DNA of 64,000 nt from an uncultured Spirochaetota bacterium (GCA_963783575.1 CAWAOD010000005.1:416001-480000), one strand, 5' to 3'. Positions 41,129 through 51,412 are shown, counted from the stretch's first letter. A program made the numbers and translations. The notes: a model not told the origin generated them from the letters alone.

Positions 41129-42193
41129 ATGTTAAATAACGATATATTCGCAAAAATATCGACTATATCCGCCGAACGCGATTTCAACGGCATCATAAAA
41201 CTGTCTATTCCGTATGATACGGCATTGATTAATAAAGTCAAATCCCTTCCTGTCAGAAAGTGGGAGCCACTGGATAAGAAATGGCTTATACCGGATACAG
41301 ACGAGAACCGCAAATCAATCTTACTTTTGTTCGGCATCAATATTAAAGATAAAACCGGCTGTAAATGGACCGAACCAATCGCCCAGGAACTCAGGATAAG
41401 GAAATACAGCCAGAGAACAAGCAAAAGTTACCTGTTTTATAATCAGGATTTCATCGGATTTACAGGAAAAGTCCCGAAGGCATTCAAAATCAGGACATAA
41501 AGAATTACCTTGATTACCTGGCGGATGAAAAGAACTCTTCAGCATCCACAATTAATTGCGCAATCAATGCTCTCCGGTTCTTTTACGGCGAAATCAGGCA
41601 TCAAAATTTTATTTATGAAATAAAACGGGCGAAAAAAGAGAAAAAATTACCTGTTGCTCTAAACCGGAATGAGATAAAAAAACTAATTTGTTCATATCAG
41701 AACTTAAAACATAAAACCATAATCGCTCTAACATATTCCGCGGGAATGCGTGTCAGTGAAACAGCCGGTTTAAAAGTCTCTGATATAGATAAAATACGCC
41801 ATATGATCCATATCAGAGGAGCAAAAGGTAAAAAAGACCGATATACAATATTTTCAAATTCTATTTTAAATCTATATGACAGGTATTTAAATGAATATGA
41901 GCCTGTATTCTGGCTTTTCGAGGGTCTTATGCCGAGATCAAAAATAAGCATTCGTACAATAAAGGCTATTTTTGAACAGGGCTTGAAAAAAACCGGTATT
42001 CAAAAAGATGCGACAGTCCATACCTTGAGGCATAGCTTTGCGACCCATCTTCTTGAGAATGGGGTTGATATCAGGTATATCCAGGAATTATTAGGGACAT
42101 GAATCAAGTAAAACGACAGAAATTTATACCCATATATCAGAAAAAAATCTGTCAAATATAAAAAGCCCATTAGATGGAATAAATGTTTTTTAA
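41129..42193 (+). pseudogene. Integron-type tyrosine recombinase, interrupted by frameshifts at about 41468 and 42095
   Basis: Repaired frame gives YSQRTSKSY, STINCAINALRFFY, KKLPVAL, YSAGMRVSE, KGKKDR, HTLRHSFATHLLE, LGHESSKTTEIYTH, KSPLD. Confidence 0.85.
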
Positions 42194-42256
42194 TTGCGTA
42201 TATCACTCCGAAATTTGAGTAATATACGCAATGCGTATATATCGAGTTAAACGAAA
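42194..42256 (+). other. Putative attI-like primary recombination site
   Basis: Inverted repeat TTGCGTATAT...ATATACGCAA, third TGCGTATAT copy, then GTTAAACGAAA (G at 42246) starting cassette 1. Confidence 0.65.
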
Positions 42257-42302
42257 TTTTTGTGCCGGTTTGTTACTTATTGAAAAATAATGAGGAATAT
42301 CA

Positions 42303-42692
42303 ATGATTATTAATGCATCAAACAGATCAGTTCATGATAATTATATTGTTAATGCTTTAATTGATATTGAAAACTCGAATATAATTTTATCCACAAAATA
42401 CGAGAATGAAAATACAGTAATATTATTTGAAAATGTTTTGTGTCACAGTTTTGAAAATATAATCAACCAAAATATTATTTTAGATATTACTGAATATAAT
42501 ATTTCAGAATTTATTGATAGAATATCGCAACATTTATTAAATAATAAAAAATATTGTGATCCTCCAATTAATTGGGAAAATATTGATGATTTAAAAACAA
42601 AATTAACAAATTTGAAATATTTTGGATATGATATTTATAGTTCAATTGGTTTGAACGGTTGGGTTATTTCAAAACAAATGATTATAAAATAA
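42303..42692 (+). CDS. Cassette 1: hypothetical protein
   Basis: AT-rich ORF with RBS between cassette-end inverted repeats. Confidence 0.75.
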   Translation: MIINASNRSVHDNYIVNALIDIENSNIILSTKYENENTVILFENVLCHSFENIINQNIILDITEYNISEFIDRISQHLLNNKKYCDPPINWENIDDLKTKLTNLKYFGYDIYSSIGLNGWVISKQMIIK

Positions 42693-42729
42693 GAAGTTAG
42701 ATGCTTATACAGGCACAAAAACTTCGTTT

Positions 42730-42974
42730 AACAGCGGCTATATCGCTCCGGTGCTCGAAAAAACTTTTCAGGGCGTAACGGAGGAGAAAGAGAAAAGTTT
42801 TTCCTGCGCTCCTCGGGTTCGCCCGTTTTTGCTTTTAGTAAAAAGAGAAAGGGGTTCAAATTGACTATGATGATTATTAAAATAAAGGTTATTATTTACG
42901 GGCTCACCAAACCCGCAAACTTAAGCGCGCGGGGCTGGCGCTAAGGTTTGCGGGCTTCGTATAGCCGCACCGTT
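42730..42974 (+). repeat. attC-like linker 1 (type A, 245 bp)
   Basis: AAC-AGCGGCTATA...TATAGCCGCACC-GTT. Confidence 0.85.
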
Positions 42975-43004
42975 CTACGCAATTTTGCAAAGGATGGTTC
43001 TATT

Positions 43005-43451
43005 ATGGATAATATAGAAAAAAGATATGATATTAAGAGTGAAAAAACAATTAGTGAAATTATACTTAAAAATGGATGGGCTGATAGAATTTATTGGGAT
43101 AGAAATGATTGGTATATTGAATGGTCTGTAAAAGGTAAAAATATATTAAATAGAATTCCTAATATTCTCAATCAAATTGATGAATTAAATGATTCTGATA
43201 AGAATTGTATAAACTTTATGGTTAACTATTTTGGTATTAATAAGATTAAAAAGGATTTTGATGAAATCACTTTAAATATGCAAGAAGAAATTATAAAAAT
43301 TATTCAGAAAAGACTAATTATGAAAATACCAGATAAAATACTTGATAGTATTAGAAAAAATGGTCGTTCATATATAGCATTAGAAATGATTTTAGATACA
43401 GTAAAATCAGAACCATTAAAAGAATTAAAAAAATATATAAAGTCTTTGTAA
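43005..43451 (+). CDS. Cassette 2: hypothetical protein
   Basis: ATG 43005 after AAGGA; upstream extension lies in the repeat. Confidence 0.7.
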   Translation: MDNIEKRYDIKSEKTISEIILKNGWADRIYWDRNDWYIEWSVKGKNILNRIPNILNQIDELNDSDKNCINFMVNYFGINKIKKDFDEITLNMQEEIIKIIQKRLIMKIPDKILDSIRKNGRSYIALEMILDTVKSEPLKELKKYIKSL

Positions 43452-43473
43452 TACGCTTTGCAAAACTGCGCAG

Positions 43474-43717
43474 AACAACGGCTATATCGCTGCGGTGCTC
43501 GAAAAAACTTTTCAGGGCGTAACGGAGGAGAAGAGAAAAGTTTTTCTTGCGCTCCTCGGGTTCGCCCGTATTTGCTTTTTGGAAAAAGAGAAAGGAGTTC
43601 AACTTGACTATGATGATTAATAAAATAAAAGTCATTGTTTACGGGCTCACCACATTTGCAAGCCTAAGCGCGCGGGGCTGGCGCTAAGGCTTGCAAACGT
43701 CGTATAGCCACACCGTT
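43474..43717 (+). repeat. attC-like linker 2 (type A, 244 bp)
   Basis: Highly similar to linker 1. Confidence 0.85.
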
Positions 43718-43758
43718 GTACGAAATGGTGCAACAACTTATTAAATTAAGGATAATTT

Positions 43759-44310
43759 ATGCCTGAAAATCAACATTTAAAATCTGCTCGTAATGATTAC
43801 AATCCTGACCCTTTTTATTTTTTTGAAGAAAATGAGACCTTCAAAAGGTATGTTGTTTATAATCCTTTTTATGATGTCATCAAAAATATTTTTATTGATA
43901 TAATTAGTAATTACAATTCTGAAATTGAAATATTATTAAAAGATTTAAAGGATTATGATGAAACAGGAAAAAAAGATATAATTTGGGATCACTACTATAC
44001 TAAAACAACAAAAGATAAAATTCTAGAAGCATTGGATGTTCATTCAAAATACATATTTTATGATGGCTATCAACAATTATGCATTAGAGATTCAATAACT
44101 GAGGATTATTTTGCTTTCGATGATCATGGTATTTTATTTATCTATTCTGAAAATAAATTGATTGAAGATATTCTAAAAAAATATAAAATTAAGAACTCTA
44201 AAAATGAATTAATTCTTGAAAAACCGCATTGGCATATAAGACCTAAAGATGCAGATGATTTAAAAATTAGTTTCATAAAAGATCTTAAAATAGATAGGTC
44301 TAATGATTAA
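43759..44310 (+). CDS. Cassette 3: hypothetical protein (paralog of cassette 13)
   Basis: Shares FDDHGILFIY and HWHIRPKDAD with 63397-63939. Confidence 0.8.
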   Translation: MPENQHLKSARNDYNPDPFYFFEENETFKRYVVYNPFYDVIKNIFIDIISNYNSEIEILLKDLKDYDETGKKDIIWDHYYTKTTKDKILEALDVHSKYIFYDGYQQLCIRDSITEDYFAFDDHGILFIYSENKLIEDILKKYKIKNSKNELILEKPHWHIRPKDADDLKISFIKDLKIDRSND

Positions 44311-44331
44311 ATATGTTGCACCACTTCGTAC

Positions 44332-44545
44332 AACACGGCATAGCTGTTCCGCTCCGTCCTCGCGCGGCTCCGGGCGGTGCTCAGCCTTCGGCACATTTGC
44401 CTTTGTCATCTTTTTTGCATATTTTAAATTTAATAAAAAGGGTTATAAAATGAAATGCTTTAATATATTTAAAGGCTGGTTCTGGAGTTGCAAAAAAGAC
44501 GCCAATCGCTGACGCGAGCGGCAAACGTCAGCTATGCCTACCGTT
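44332..44545 (+). repeat. attC-like linker 3 (type B, 214 bp)
   Basis: AAC-ACGGCATAGCTG...CAGCTATGCCTACC-GTT; related to linker 9. Confidence 0.8.
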
Positions 44546-44596
44546 GTACGAAATGTCTTGGTGCCAAGATTTTAGTTAAAGGAGATTATTATAATT

Positions 44597-45082
44597 ATGA
44601 AAAAACAATTAAAAAAAGAACCTACTAATATTGAGTTTATTTATAGTGTTATAAATAATATTCGAGGATCGAAATTAAATTATTCTTGGCGTGATTCTGG
44701 TACTATCTTCTTCGAAATTGGAACTATCATTAAAAAAGATAATCGTAATCATCCAGAAGGAAAATTTTCTTTTATGATTGATTATCCATGGCGTTTTGAA
44801 AAAAGCAATGCTATTATCTGTTCTTCAGAATTTAGTACTACAGAAAGAGACAATTTTCTCCAAAACATAATTGGGAAATCAATATTAAATATTGATTTTG
44901 TTACATGTTGTAATGATTTAATTATTGAATTTAATGATTTAGTATTCCGGCAATTTTCAATTGAATCTGATTTACACTCTTGGTCATTACGTATCAGGAA
45001 TGAAAATAACGAATATTTAAAAAATGATGTAGATCATTTTTGGTTATCTTTTGAAGAAAAAAATTTCTTGATTGAATTTTGA
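44597..45082 (+). CDS. Cassette 4: hypothetical protein
   Basis: AAGGAG RBS; ORF fills the cassette. Confidence 0.75.
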   Translation: MKKQLKKEPTNIEFIYSVINNIRGSKLNYSWRDSGTIFFEIGTIIKKDNRNHPEGKFSFMIDYPWRFEKSNAIICSSEFSTTERDNFLQNIIGKSILNIDFVTCCNDLIIEFNDLVFRQFSIESDLHSWSLRIRNENNEYLKNDVDHFWLSFEEKNFLIEF

Positions 45083-45139
45083 TAAATTAATGATTATAGA
45101 AAGAAAATAATAAAACATTGGCACCAAGCCACTTCGTAC

Positions 45140-45382
45140 AACCGCGGCTATATCGCTCCGGTGCTCGAAAAAACTTTTCCGGGCGTAACGGAGGAGAAGA
45201 GAAAAGTTTTTCCTGCGCTCCTCGGGTTCGCCCGTTTTAGATTTTGATTAAAGAGAAAGGAGTTCAACTTGACTATGATGATTATTAAAATAGAAGTCAT
45301 TATTTACAGGCTCACCACATTTTCGGGCCTAAGAGCGCGGGGCTAGCTCTAAGGCCCAAAAACGTCGTATAGCCGCACCGTT
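45140..45382 (+). repeat. attC-like linker 4 (type A, 243 bp)
   Basis: Type A copy with compensatory stem changes. Confidence 0.85.
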
Positions 45383-45462
45383 GTACGCAAGCCTGGCTGA
45401 AGCTGGTTTAAATAAAATAATTCGGCATCCTTGCCGAATAAAATAAATTAAGGGGTTTTATT

Positions 45463-46254
45463 ATGATAACAAAAATATTTTATTTTTCGACAACGGGTAA
45501 TTCATTATATGTGGCTCGCACAATAGCTGGAAAATTAGGTGAAACTGAAATTATTTCTATTCCAAAAGTTATTAAAGGACAAATTAATACAGATTCTGAA
45601 AGTGTTGGAATAATATTTCCAGTTTATGCCTGGGGACTTCCTCGAATTGTTGCCGAATTTACTGAAAAACTCAAATTAAACAAAAATCAATATGTTTTTG
45701 CAATAGCTACATGTATTGAAATGCCTGGAGCCACATTAGGACAGTTAAATAAAATTTTAAATAAAAATGGATCACATTTAAATGCTGGTTTTTTAATAAG
45801 AGAAAATTTCCGTCCAAATAGTGATAATGAAATGTCTATAGTAAAATTCATTAAAAAAGCCACAAAGATAAAGCCAATTCAATTAAAAGGGAGGCTTCAA
45901 GAAATAACAGATATTCTAAAAAATAAAAAGAAGCATAAACTGGAAATGAGTGCCAAAATGGCTCAAATTTTAGGTAATTCTTTTCATAAGGTTGCAATCA
46001 AAAAATATATGGCAGCAGATTTGAATTATAAATTGGATGAAAAATGTAATTTATGCGGTATTTGTATCAAGATATGTCCTCGTGAAAATATTAAAATGGA
46101 AAATGGAAAAATTTTATGGAATCAAAACTGTGAAGGTTGTCAAGGATGTTATCAGTGGTGTCCAAAGGAAGCGATTCATTTGACAGATGGTACAGATATA
46201 AAAGTTGGGTATCATCACCCTGAAATTGTCCTTGGAGACATTGTTTTAAGATAA
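45463..46254 (+). CDS. Cassette 5: EFR1-family flavodoxin/4Fe-4S ferredoxin protein
   Basis: YFSTTGNS, FPVYAWG, CNLCGICIKICP, CEGCQGCYQWCP. Confidence 0.88.
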   Translation: MITKIFYFSTTGNSLYVARTIAGKLGETEIISIPKVIKGQINTDSESVGIIFPVYAWGLPRIVAEFTEKLKLNKNQYVFAIATCIEMPGATLGQLNKILNKNGSHLNAGFLIRENFRPNSDNEMSIVKFIKKATKIKPIQLKGRLQEITDILKNKKKHKLEMSAKMAQILGNSFHKVAIKKYMAADLNYKLDEKCNLCGICIKICPRENIKMENGKILWNQNCEGCQGCYQWCPKEAIHLTDGTDIKVGYHHPEIVLGDIVLR

Positions 46255-46436
46255 AACTGCGGAATTTTTGTAAATTAACGCCATCCTTGGCTTGGCTTTT
46301 TGTACCGATTTTCAGCAAGGCTGGAAATGATAAACTAATTTACCAGGGTAGCAATAAATGAAATTCCCATACCTGTCACAAACAGATTTCCCATAGAGAA
46401 GCTTGAAGATTACCTTTAATGAAAATTCATTAAAGG

Positions 46437-47999
46437 ATGGCAGGAATGGTGAAAAATATTATGTATCAGGACATAAAAAAACTGAAACTTTTGGGGAAAA
46501 GTAAAAATGGTGTATCCCGGGAACTGTCAATAGATATTAAGACAGTCCGGAAATATTGGACTATGAACGATGCTGAATACCAGAAAAGCCTGATGGAATT
46601 CTCTTTCCGTGAAAAAGAATTCGAAGGAATAAAAACAGATATATTGAAAGTATATGCAAAGAATGATTACATCCGGCTGAATATGTCTGCTTTGTATGAC
46701 TATTTATTGGAGGTAAAAGGCAAACTACCGGCGAATGAAAATACGATGAGGAATTTCGTACATTACCTGATTGAAAGCGGGCAGCTTACCTTGAATGAAA
46801 AGCGACGGTATTACACAAAAGTGCCTGACATGCCATATGGAAAGCAGCTCCAGCTTGATTTCGGTCAATATACCGACAGATATGGCAGAAGGTATTACAT
46901 ATTTGCCGCGGTGTTATCCGCCAGTCGTTTTAAGTATGCGGCCCTCCAGGAGAGGCCATTCCGGACAGAAGACCTGATCAATCATCTGTTGGACTGTTTC
47001 GCATATATGGGCGGGATACCGCATGAACTTGTCATCGATCAGGACTGCACGATGGTTGCGAGTGAGAACTCAGGCGATATCATCTACACGAAAGACTTTC
47101 AGTATTTCATCGGGGAAATGGGTCTTAAAATGTATGTGTGCCGACCTGCTGACCCGGAAAGTAAGGGAAAGATTGAAAACGTAGTCAAATTCATCAAGCA
47201 CGGTTTCTTCTCAGTCCGGGAGTTCAACAGTTTAATGGAAGCGGAAGAAAGCCTGATGAAATGGCTGGAAAGAAAAGCCAACGGGAGAATATCCCAGGCT
47301 ACAATGAAAATACCACTGATAGAGATTGAAACGGAAAGACCATATCTCCAATCTGTCAGGAATTCGATATTCCGTAAAGACAGGATAGGAGCAAGGGAAG
47401 AGCGCAGTGTAAGCGATAAATGCCGGATCGCAGTTGATGCAAGCCAGTATGATATTCCCGAAAAATACAGGAACGGTTCGGTGGACATCTACAAGACGGG
47501 CAGTCGGCTTTTTGTCTTTGACAGGATAACGGGAGAGCAAATCGCCGAATACCGGCTTTCAGTGATTCCGGGGCAGATTGTAACCAACAGGGCAATGATC
47601 CGGGAAATGGGAAAGAGTGTGCAGTTATTGAAAGAAGAAGTAAGCGGGTACTTTGATATTCCCGGCTGGAAGGATTTTCTTGAATGTAATTTCAGGAAGT
47701 TCAATCGTTATGTAAGGGACCAATGTCTTTCCGGAAGAAAATACTTCAGGGACAAGATAATTGATACCGGGAAGCTTACACAAGCGATCTCAAACTGCCT
47801 GGAGAGTGATAGTTATTCCATGAAGGATTTGTGGGATAATTACCTGAACTGTTTTATAACAGAAAAGGCAGAAATACCCTTGAATGTTGAAAAGATTGTC
47901 AGGCCTTCAGTGAATCCTGAACACTATCTTGAAGTAGCTAAATCAGACATCGGGAAATACCAGAGTTTCTGTGACTCCATCGGGGGCCGGCAATGTTGA
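46437..47999 (+). CDS. istA: IS21 transposase
   Basis: HTH N-terminus, QLDFG, GGIPHELVID, PESKGKIEN. Confidence 0.92.
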   Translation: MAGMVKNIMYQDIKKLKLLGKSKNGVSRELSIDIKTVRKYWTMNDAEYQKSLMEFSFREKEFEGIKTDILKVYAKNDYIRLNMSALYDYLLEVKGKLPANENTMRNFVHYLIESGQLTLNEKRRYYTKVPDMPYGKQLQLDFGQYTDRYGRRYYIFAAVLSASRFKYAALQERPFRTEDLINHLLDCFAYMGGIPHELVIDQDCTMVASENSGDIIYTKDFQYFIGEMGLKMYVCRPADPESKGKIENVVKFIKHGFFSVREFNSLMEAEESLMKWLERKANGRISQATMKIPLIEIETERPYLQSVRNSIFRKDRIGAREERSVSDKCRIAVDASQYDIPEKYRNGSVDIYKTGSRLFVFDRITGEQIAEYRLSVIPGQIVTNRAMIREMGKSVQLLKEEVSGYFDIPGWKDFLECNFRKFNRYVRDQCLSGRKYFRDKIIDTGKLTQAISNCLESDSYSMKDLWDNYLNCFITEKAEIPLNVEKIVRPSVNPEHYLEVAKSDIGKYQSFCDSIGGRQC

Positions 48000-48742
48000 A
48001 GATAAGAGAACAAATCATAACTGCGCTTACAACTCTCGGGTTGAAGGGTATGATAAAACGGATTGATGAGGAAATTGGTGAGGCTGAAAAGGCAAAAGAG
48101 TCTTATCTGAGTTTTCTGCAGAGGCTGCTTTCTCTGGAATTGAATTATAGAGTGGAAAAACGTTTTCAGCGGAATATGGCAGGAGCACACTTCCCGGTCC
48201 GCAAAGATGTGGAAGGTTTTAATTTTGAAAAAGTGAATGGAATATCTAAAATGGATGTTTCACAGCTATTGGATTTCTGCTGGATTGATAATCATCATAA
48301 CCTGTTGTTCTTTGGGTCTCCGGGGCTGGGGAAAACGCATCTGGCAATTAGTATCGGAATCCGGGCAGTTGAAAAGGGATATATTGTCTGCTTTGAAAGG
48401 ATGACTACTCTCATTAAGTTTCTGAAAACGGCGGACATCCAGAGAAGCTCTGCTTTCAGGCTGAACCGGATGATGAAGTCACACTTATTAATCATTGATG
48501 AGATAGGTTACACACCTATCGAAAAGAAGGAGGCAAATCTATTCTTTAGTCTTGTAAGTGAATTGTATGAAAAGACATCAATTGTGATAACATCGAATAA
48601 GGGATTTCAGGATTGGGCTGAAATGATGGGAGACCCGATTATGACAACCGCTCTTCTGGATAGGCTTTTACATCATTCAAATATTTATAACTTGAGCGGA
48701 GAATCTTACAGAATACAAAATTTGAATAAGGAGGTTGAGTAA
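47993..48742 (+). CDS. istB: IS21 helper ATPase
   Basis: GSPGLGKTHLA, IIDEIGY, TALLDRLLHH, GESYR. Confidence 0.95.
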   Translation: MLKIREQIITALTTLGLKGMIKRIDEEIGEAEKAKESYLSFLQRLLSLELNYRVEKRFQRNMAGAHFPVRKDVEGFNFEKVNGISKMDVSQLLDFCWIDNHHNLLFFGSPGLGKTHLAISIGIRAVEKGYIVCFERMTTLIKFLKTADIQRSSAFRLNRMMKSHLLIIDEIGYTPIEKKEANLFFSLVSELYEKTSIVITSNKGFQDWAEMMGDPIMTTALLDRLLHHSNIYNLSGESYRIQNLNKEVE

Positions 48743-48896
48743 CCATTCTTTGCCTCCTCACTATGGGAAATACTCACGTGGAAGGTATGGGGAAAACTCT
48801 TGTGAAGCATATGGGAAATACTCTTGTGGAAGGGGTGGGAAATTACCCGAGCGCAGATATGGGAAAAACTCTTGACATTTCCAAAGGCCAGCGTAC

Positions 48897-49048
48897 AACA
48901 GCGGCTATACGCTGCGGTGCGTCCTCGCGGGGCTCCGGGCGCTCCTCGGTCCTGCGGACACATTTTGCTTTGTCACGGCTTTTGCTGCGTGGGATGCAAA
49001 AGCCGCGCCAACCCTACGGGACGCAAAACGTCGTATAGCCGCACCGTT
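48897..49048 (+). repeat. attC-like linker 5 (type C, 152 bp)
   Basis: AAC-AGCGGCTATACG...CGTATAGCCGCACC-GTT. Confidence 0.82.
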
Positions 49049-49544
49049 AAACGAAAGTACGTTCGCCAGCTTAATAATTTAATGAGGTATTATGACAAAT
49101 AAAAATTTTACAAACAATGTTTTTAATAAGTTGGTTAAAAATGAAAATACTTTAACTGAATGTTTTAGAAATTTATTAGGATATAAATCATTTTTGAAAT
49201 TATTCCTTCTATTTTTAAAAAATAAATGTGGTGATATATCTTTTTCTTCAGATGAAATTGAGACACAAAAAGACTTATCTGAATATGGAAAACCTGATAT
49301 TTATATTGAAAACAATAAAACGGTAATTATTATTGAGAATAAACTTAAGTATACTTCATTAACAAATAATCAACCCTTATCATATTTACAATACTTAATA
49401 AACAATGATAAGCAATTTAAGTATTTAATCTTTATTATATCAAAAGTCTACATCCACTTAAATGAGCTAAATAATATTATTAAAGAAACTGATTCTGTTA
49501 TACCAATAAAACTTGTGTTTTGGGAAGATTTTTTAGATCAACTA

Positions 49545-50677
49545 GTGCTTAATTGCGTAAGTTAACGATAGTATTTCTTAATTGAGAACCTTTCACTTCC
49601 CGTTTTCTCCACACAAAAGGTTTTGCGGTTTCAGTGTATGCTTTAACAAATGCATCTATTGCTTCTCTCAATTCTTCCGTGTTTTTAAAACTGGCGCCTC
49701 TAAGAGCTTTTCGGCTCATAATACCAAACCATATTTCCACCTGATTTAACCAACTTGCCGAAGTAGGCGTGTAATGAAAAAAAACATTCTTATTCCGGGA
49801 TAACCATTCATCGTTCTTTTTGTGAATACAATAATTGTCTAAAATTACATGAATTTCTTTATCTTTTGAAACATCTACCACCACTCTATCCATAAACTCA
49901 AGAAATTCAATACGTCTTTTGTATTCAGTAGTTTGGGTGTGTATTAACCCTGTAGCTACTTCCAGCGCAGCAAATAGGTTCAGCGTTCCATTTCTTTTAT
50001 ATGTACTTTTGTATCCTCTTACAATTTTTCCATTATCCGTCTCTACATAGCCGGTTGTCCTTTCCAACGCTTGAATACCAGGTTTTTCGTCTACAGATAT
50101 AACCAATGCATTCATCGGCGGATTTAAATACAACCCAATAATATTTGTGGCTTTTGTCGAAAATTCAGGATCAGTGCTGACACACCAACTTCGCTGTCGG
50201 GATAAGCAAATTCCTTCTTTTCTTAAAACCCTCCATACCGCATGCGTTGATGTGTTTAAATGTTTTGCTAAAGCCGGACCATCCCAAATTGCCTGCCCGA
50301 TAGGCGGTGTTTTTTCCAGAGTTTCTAAAACTTTGTCCCTGAAATTCTGCCCATATATTTTTGGCTTTCCTGACCTGGGCAGATCATACAATCCATCAAT
50401 TCCTTTTTGCTGAAATCTTTTTTTCCAATCAATAACCGTATTTGGTCTTATGTGAAGGTCAGCCGCAATCTCAGATACATTTTGTCCTTTCAGGCTATTG
50501 ACAATTATTTTCGCCCTCTCTACAAGTCGCGCTTCCATAGTTCGGCTTCTCACCCAACTATCAAGAATAATTTCATCCGCTTTGGTGCATGTTATAACTT
50601 GCGTTTTCTTAGACATACAACCTCCTTTTTTATGTCTAAGATTATAATTAATAACGCTTATTATTGCAATTAAGCAC
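49545..50677 (-). mobile_element. IS630-family insertion sequence
   Basis: IRs GTGCTTAATTGC / GCAATTAAGCAC, TA duplication within a CTAG target. Confidence 0.9.
49549..50616 (-). CDS. IS630 transposase
   Basis: SVDEK, ILDN, HYTPTSASWLNQVEIWF. Confidence 0.93.
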   Translation of the reverse strand: MSKKTQVITCTKADEIILDSWVRSRTMEARLVERAKIIVNSLKGQNVSEIAADLHIRPNTVIDWKKRFQQKGIDGLYDLPRSGKPKIYGQNFRDKVLETLEKTPPIGQAIWDGPALAKHLNTSTHAVWRVLRKEGICLSRQRSWCVSTDPEFSTKATNIIGLYLNPPMNALVISVDEKPGIQALERTTGYVETDNGKIVRGYKSTYKRNGTLNLFAALEVATGLIHTQTTEYKRRIEFLEFMDRVVVDVSKDKEIHVILDNYCIHKKNDEWLSRNKNVFFHYTPTSASWLNQVEIWFGIMSRKALRGASFKNTEELREAIDAFVKAYTETAKPFVWRKREVKGSQLRNTIVNLRN

Positions 50678-51201
50678 TAGATCAAAGTGGCCTTTGTGAA
50701 ATAAATCCAATTATTTTTGATTTTAGATTAATTATGAAAAAGTGGTTTTATGTTTGTGAAATTGTATTTTCAATGGAGGATATTGAAATGATTGATAATA
50801 GACAAATTCCAGAGTTAATTATAAAAATCTATTCTGTAATTAATGATGTAAAAAATAATTTAGAAAATTATAATACATCAAATTTGGAAGAAAGGCCACC
50901 CGATGCAACAACAACAGGCTTTTATATTAAAGATGAAAATAAAAATATCATTTTATGGTTTGGAACTTGGTTTGATTTATGGAAAGAGAAAGGCTTTTCA
51001 CTAGCATTTGGTTTACATAAAGATACTGATAATATTATTCTGGATAAATTTAATACTTGCTTTAAAGATAAAATATTTCAATATGATGATTGGTTATTAT
51101 GTGGTATTGACAAATTAATTCTGGAAGATAAGAAACCAGTTGATAATATACTTGAACTACTAAATAACTATTTGTAAAACATGGCGAACCTACCTTCGTT
51201 T

Positions 51202-51412
51202 AACAGCGGCTATACGCTGCGGTGCGTCCTCGCTTCGGCTCCGGTCGCTCCTCGGGTTCGCCCGTTTTTGCTTTTGATAAAATAGAAAGGAGTTCAAATT
51301 GACTATGATGATAAGTAAAATAGAAGTCTTTGTTTACGGGCTCACCACATTTGCAAGCCTAAGCGCGCGGGGCTAGCTCTAAGGCCCGAAAACGTCGTAT
51401 AGCCACACCGTT
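51202..51412 (+). repeat. attC-like linker 6 (type C/A mosaic, 211 bp)
   Basis: 5' part like linker 5, remainder type A. Confidence 0.82.

Larger units (their letters stand above)
46322..48883 (+). mobile_element. IS21-family insertion sequence (2562 bp)
   Basis: TGGAAATG...CATTTCCA ends, 5-bp duplication AAGGC (46317-46321, 48884-48888), multiple ATGGGAAA subterminal repeats. Confidence 0.92.
49092..51177 (+). pseudogene. Cassette 6: PD-(D/E)XK nuclease-family gene disrupted by IS630
   Basis: KPDIYIE..IIIENK motif; removing the IS restores one frame (FLDQL|DQSGLCE...), about 316 aa. Confidence 0.8.

Noticed and set aside
41129..42193. Housekeeping XerC/XerD or prophage integrase
   Set aside because: SPLD tail, adjacent GTT site and cassette array fit an integron-like role; no phage genes nearby.
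43351..43635. Minus-strand and overlapping ORFs across linkers (also 44303-44512, 48763-49102, 52282-52467, 56129-56377, 60352-60585)
   Set aside because: They arise from GC-rich palindromic repeat sequence, lack consistent starts and overlap real genes.
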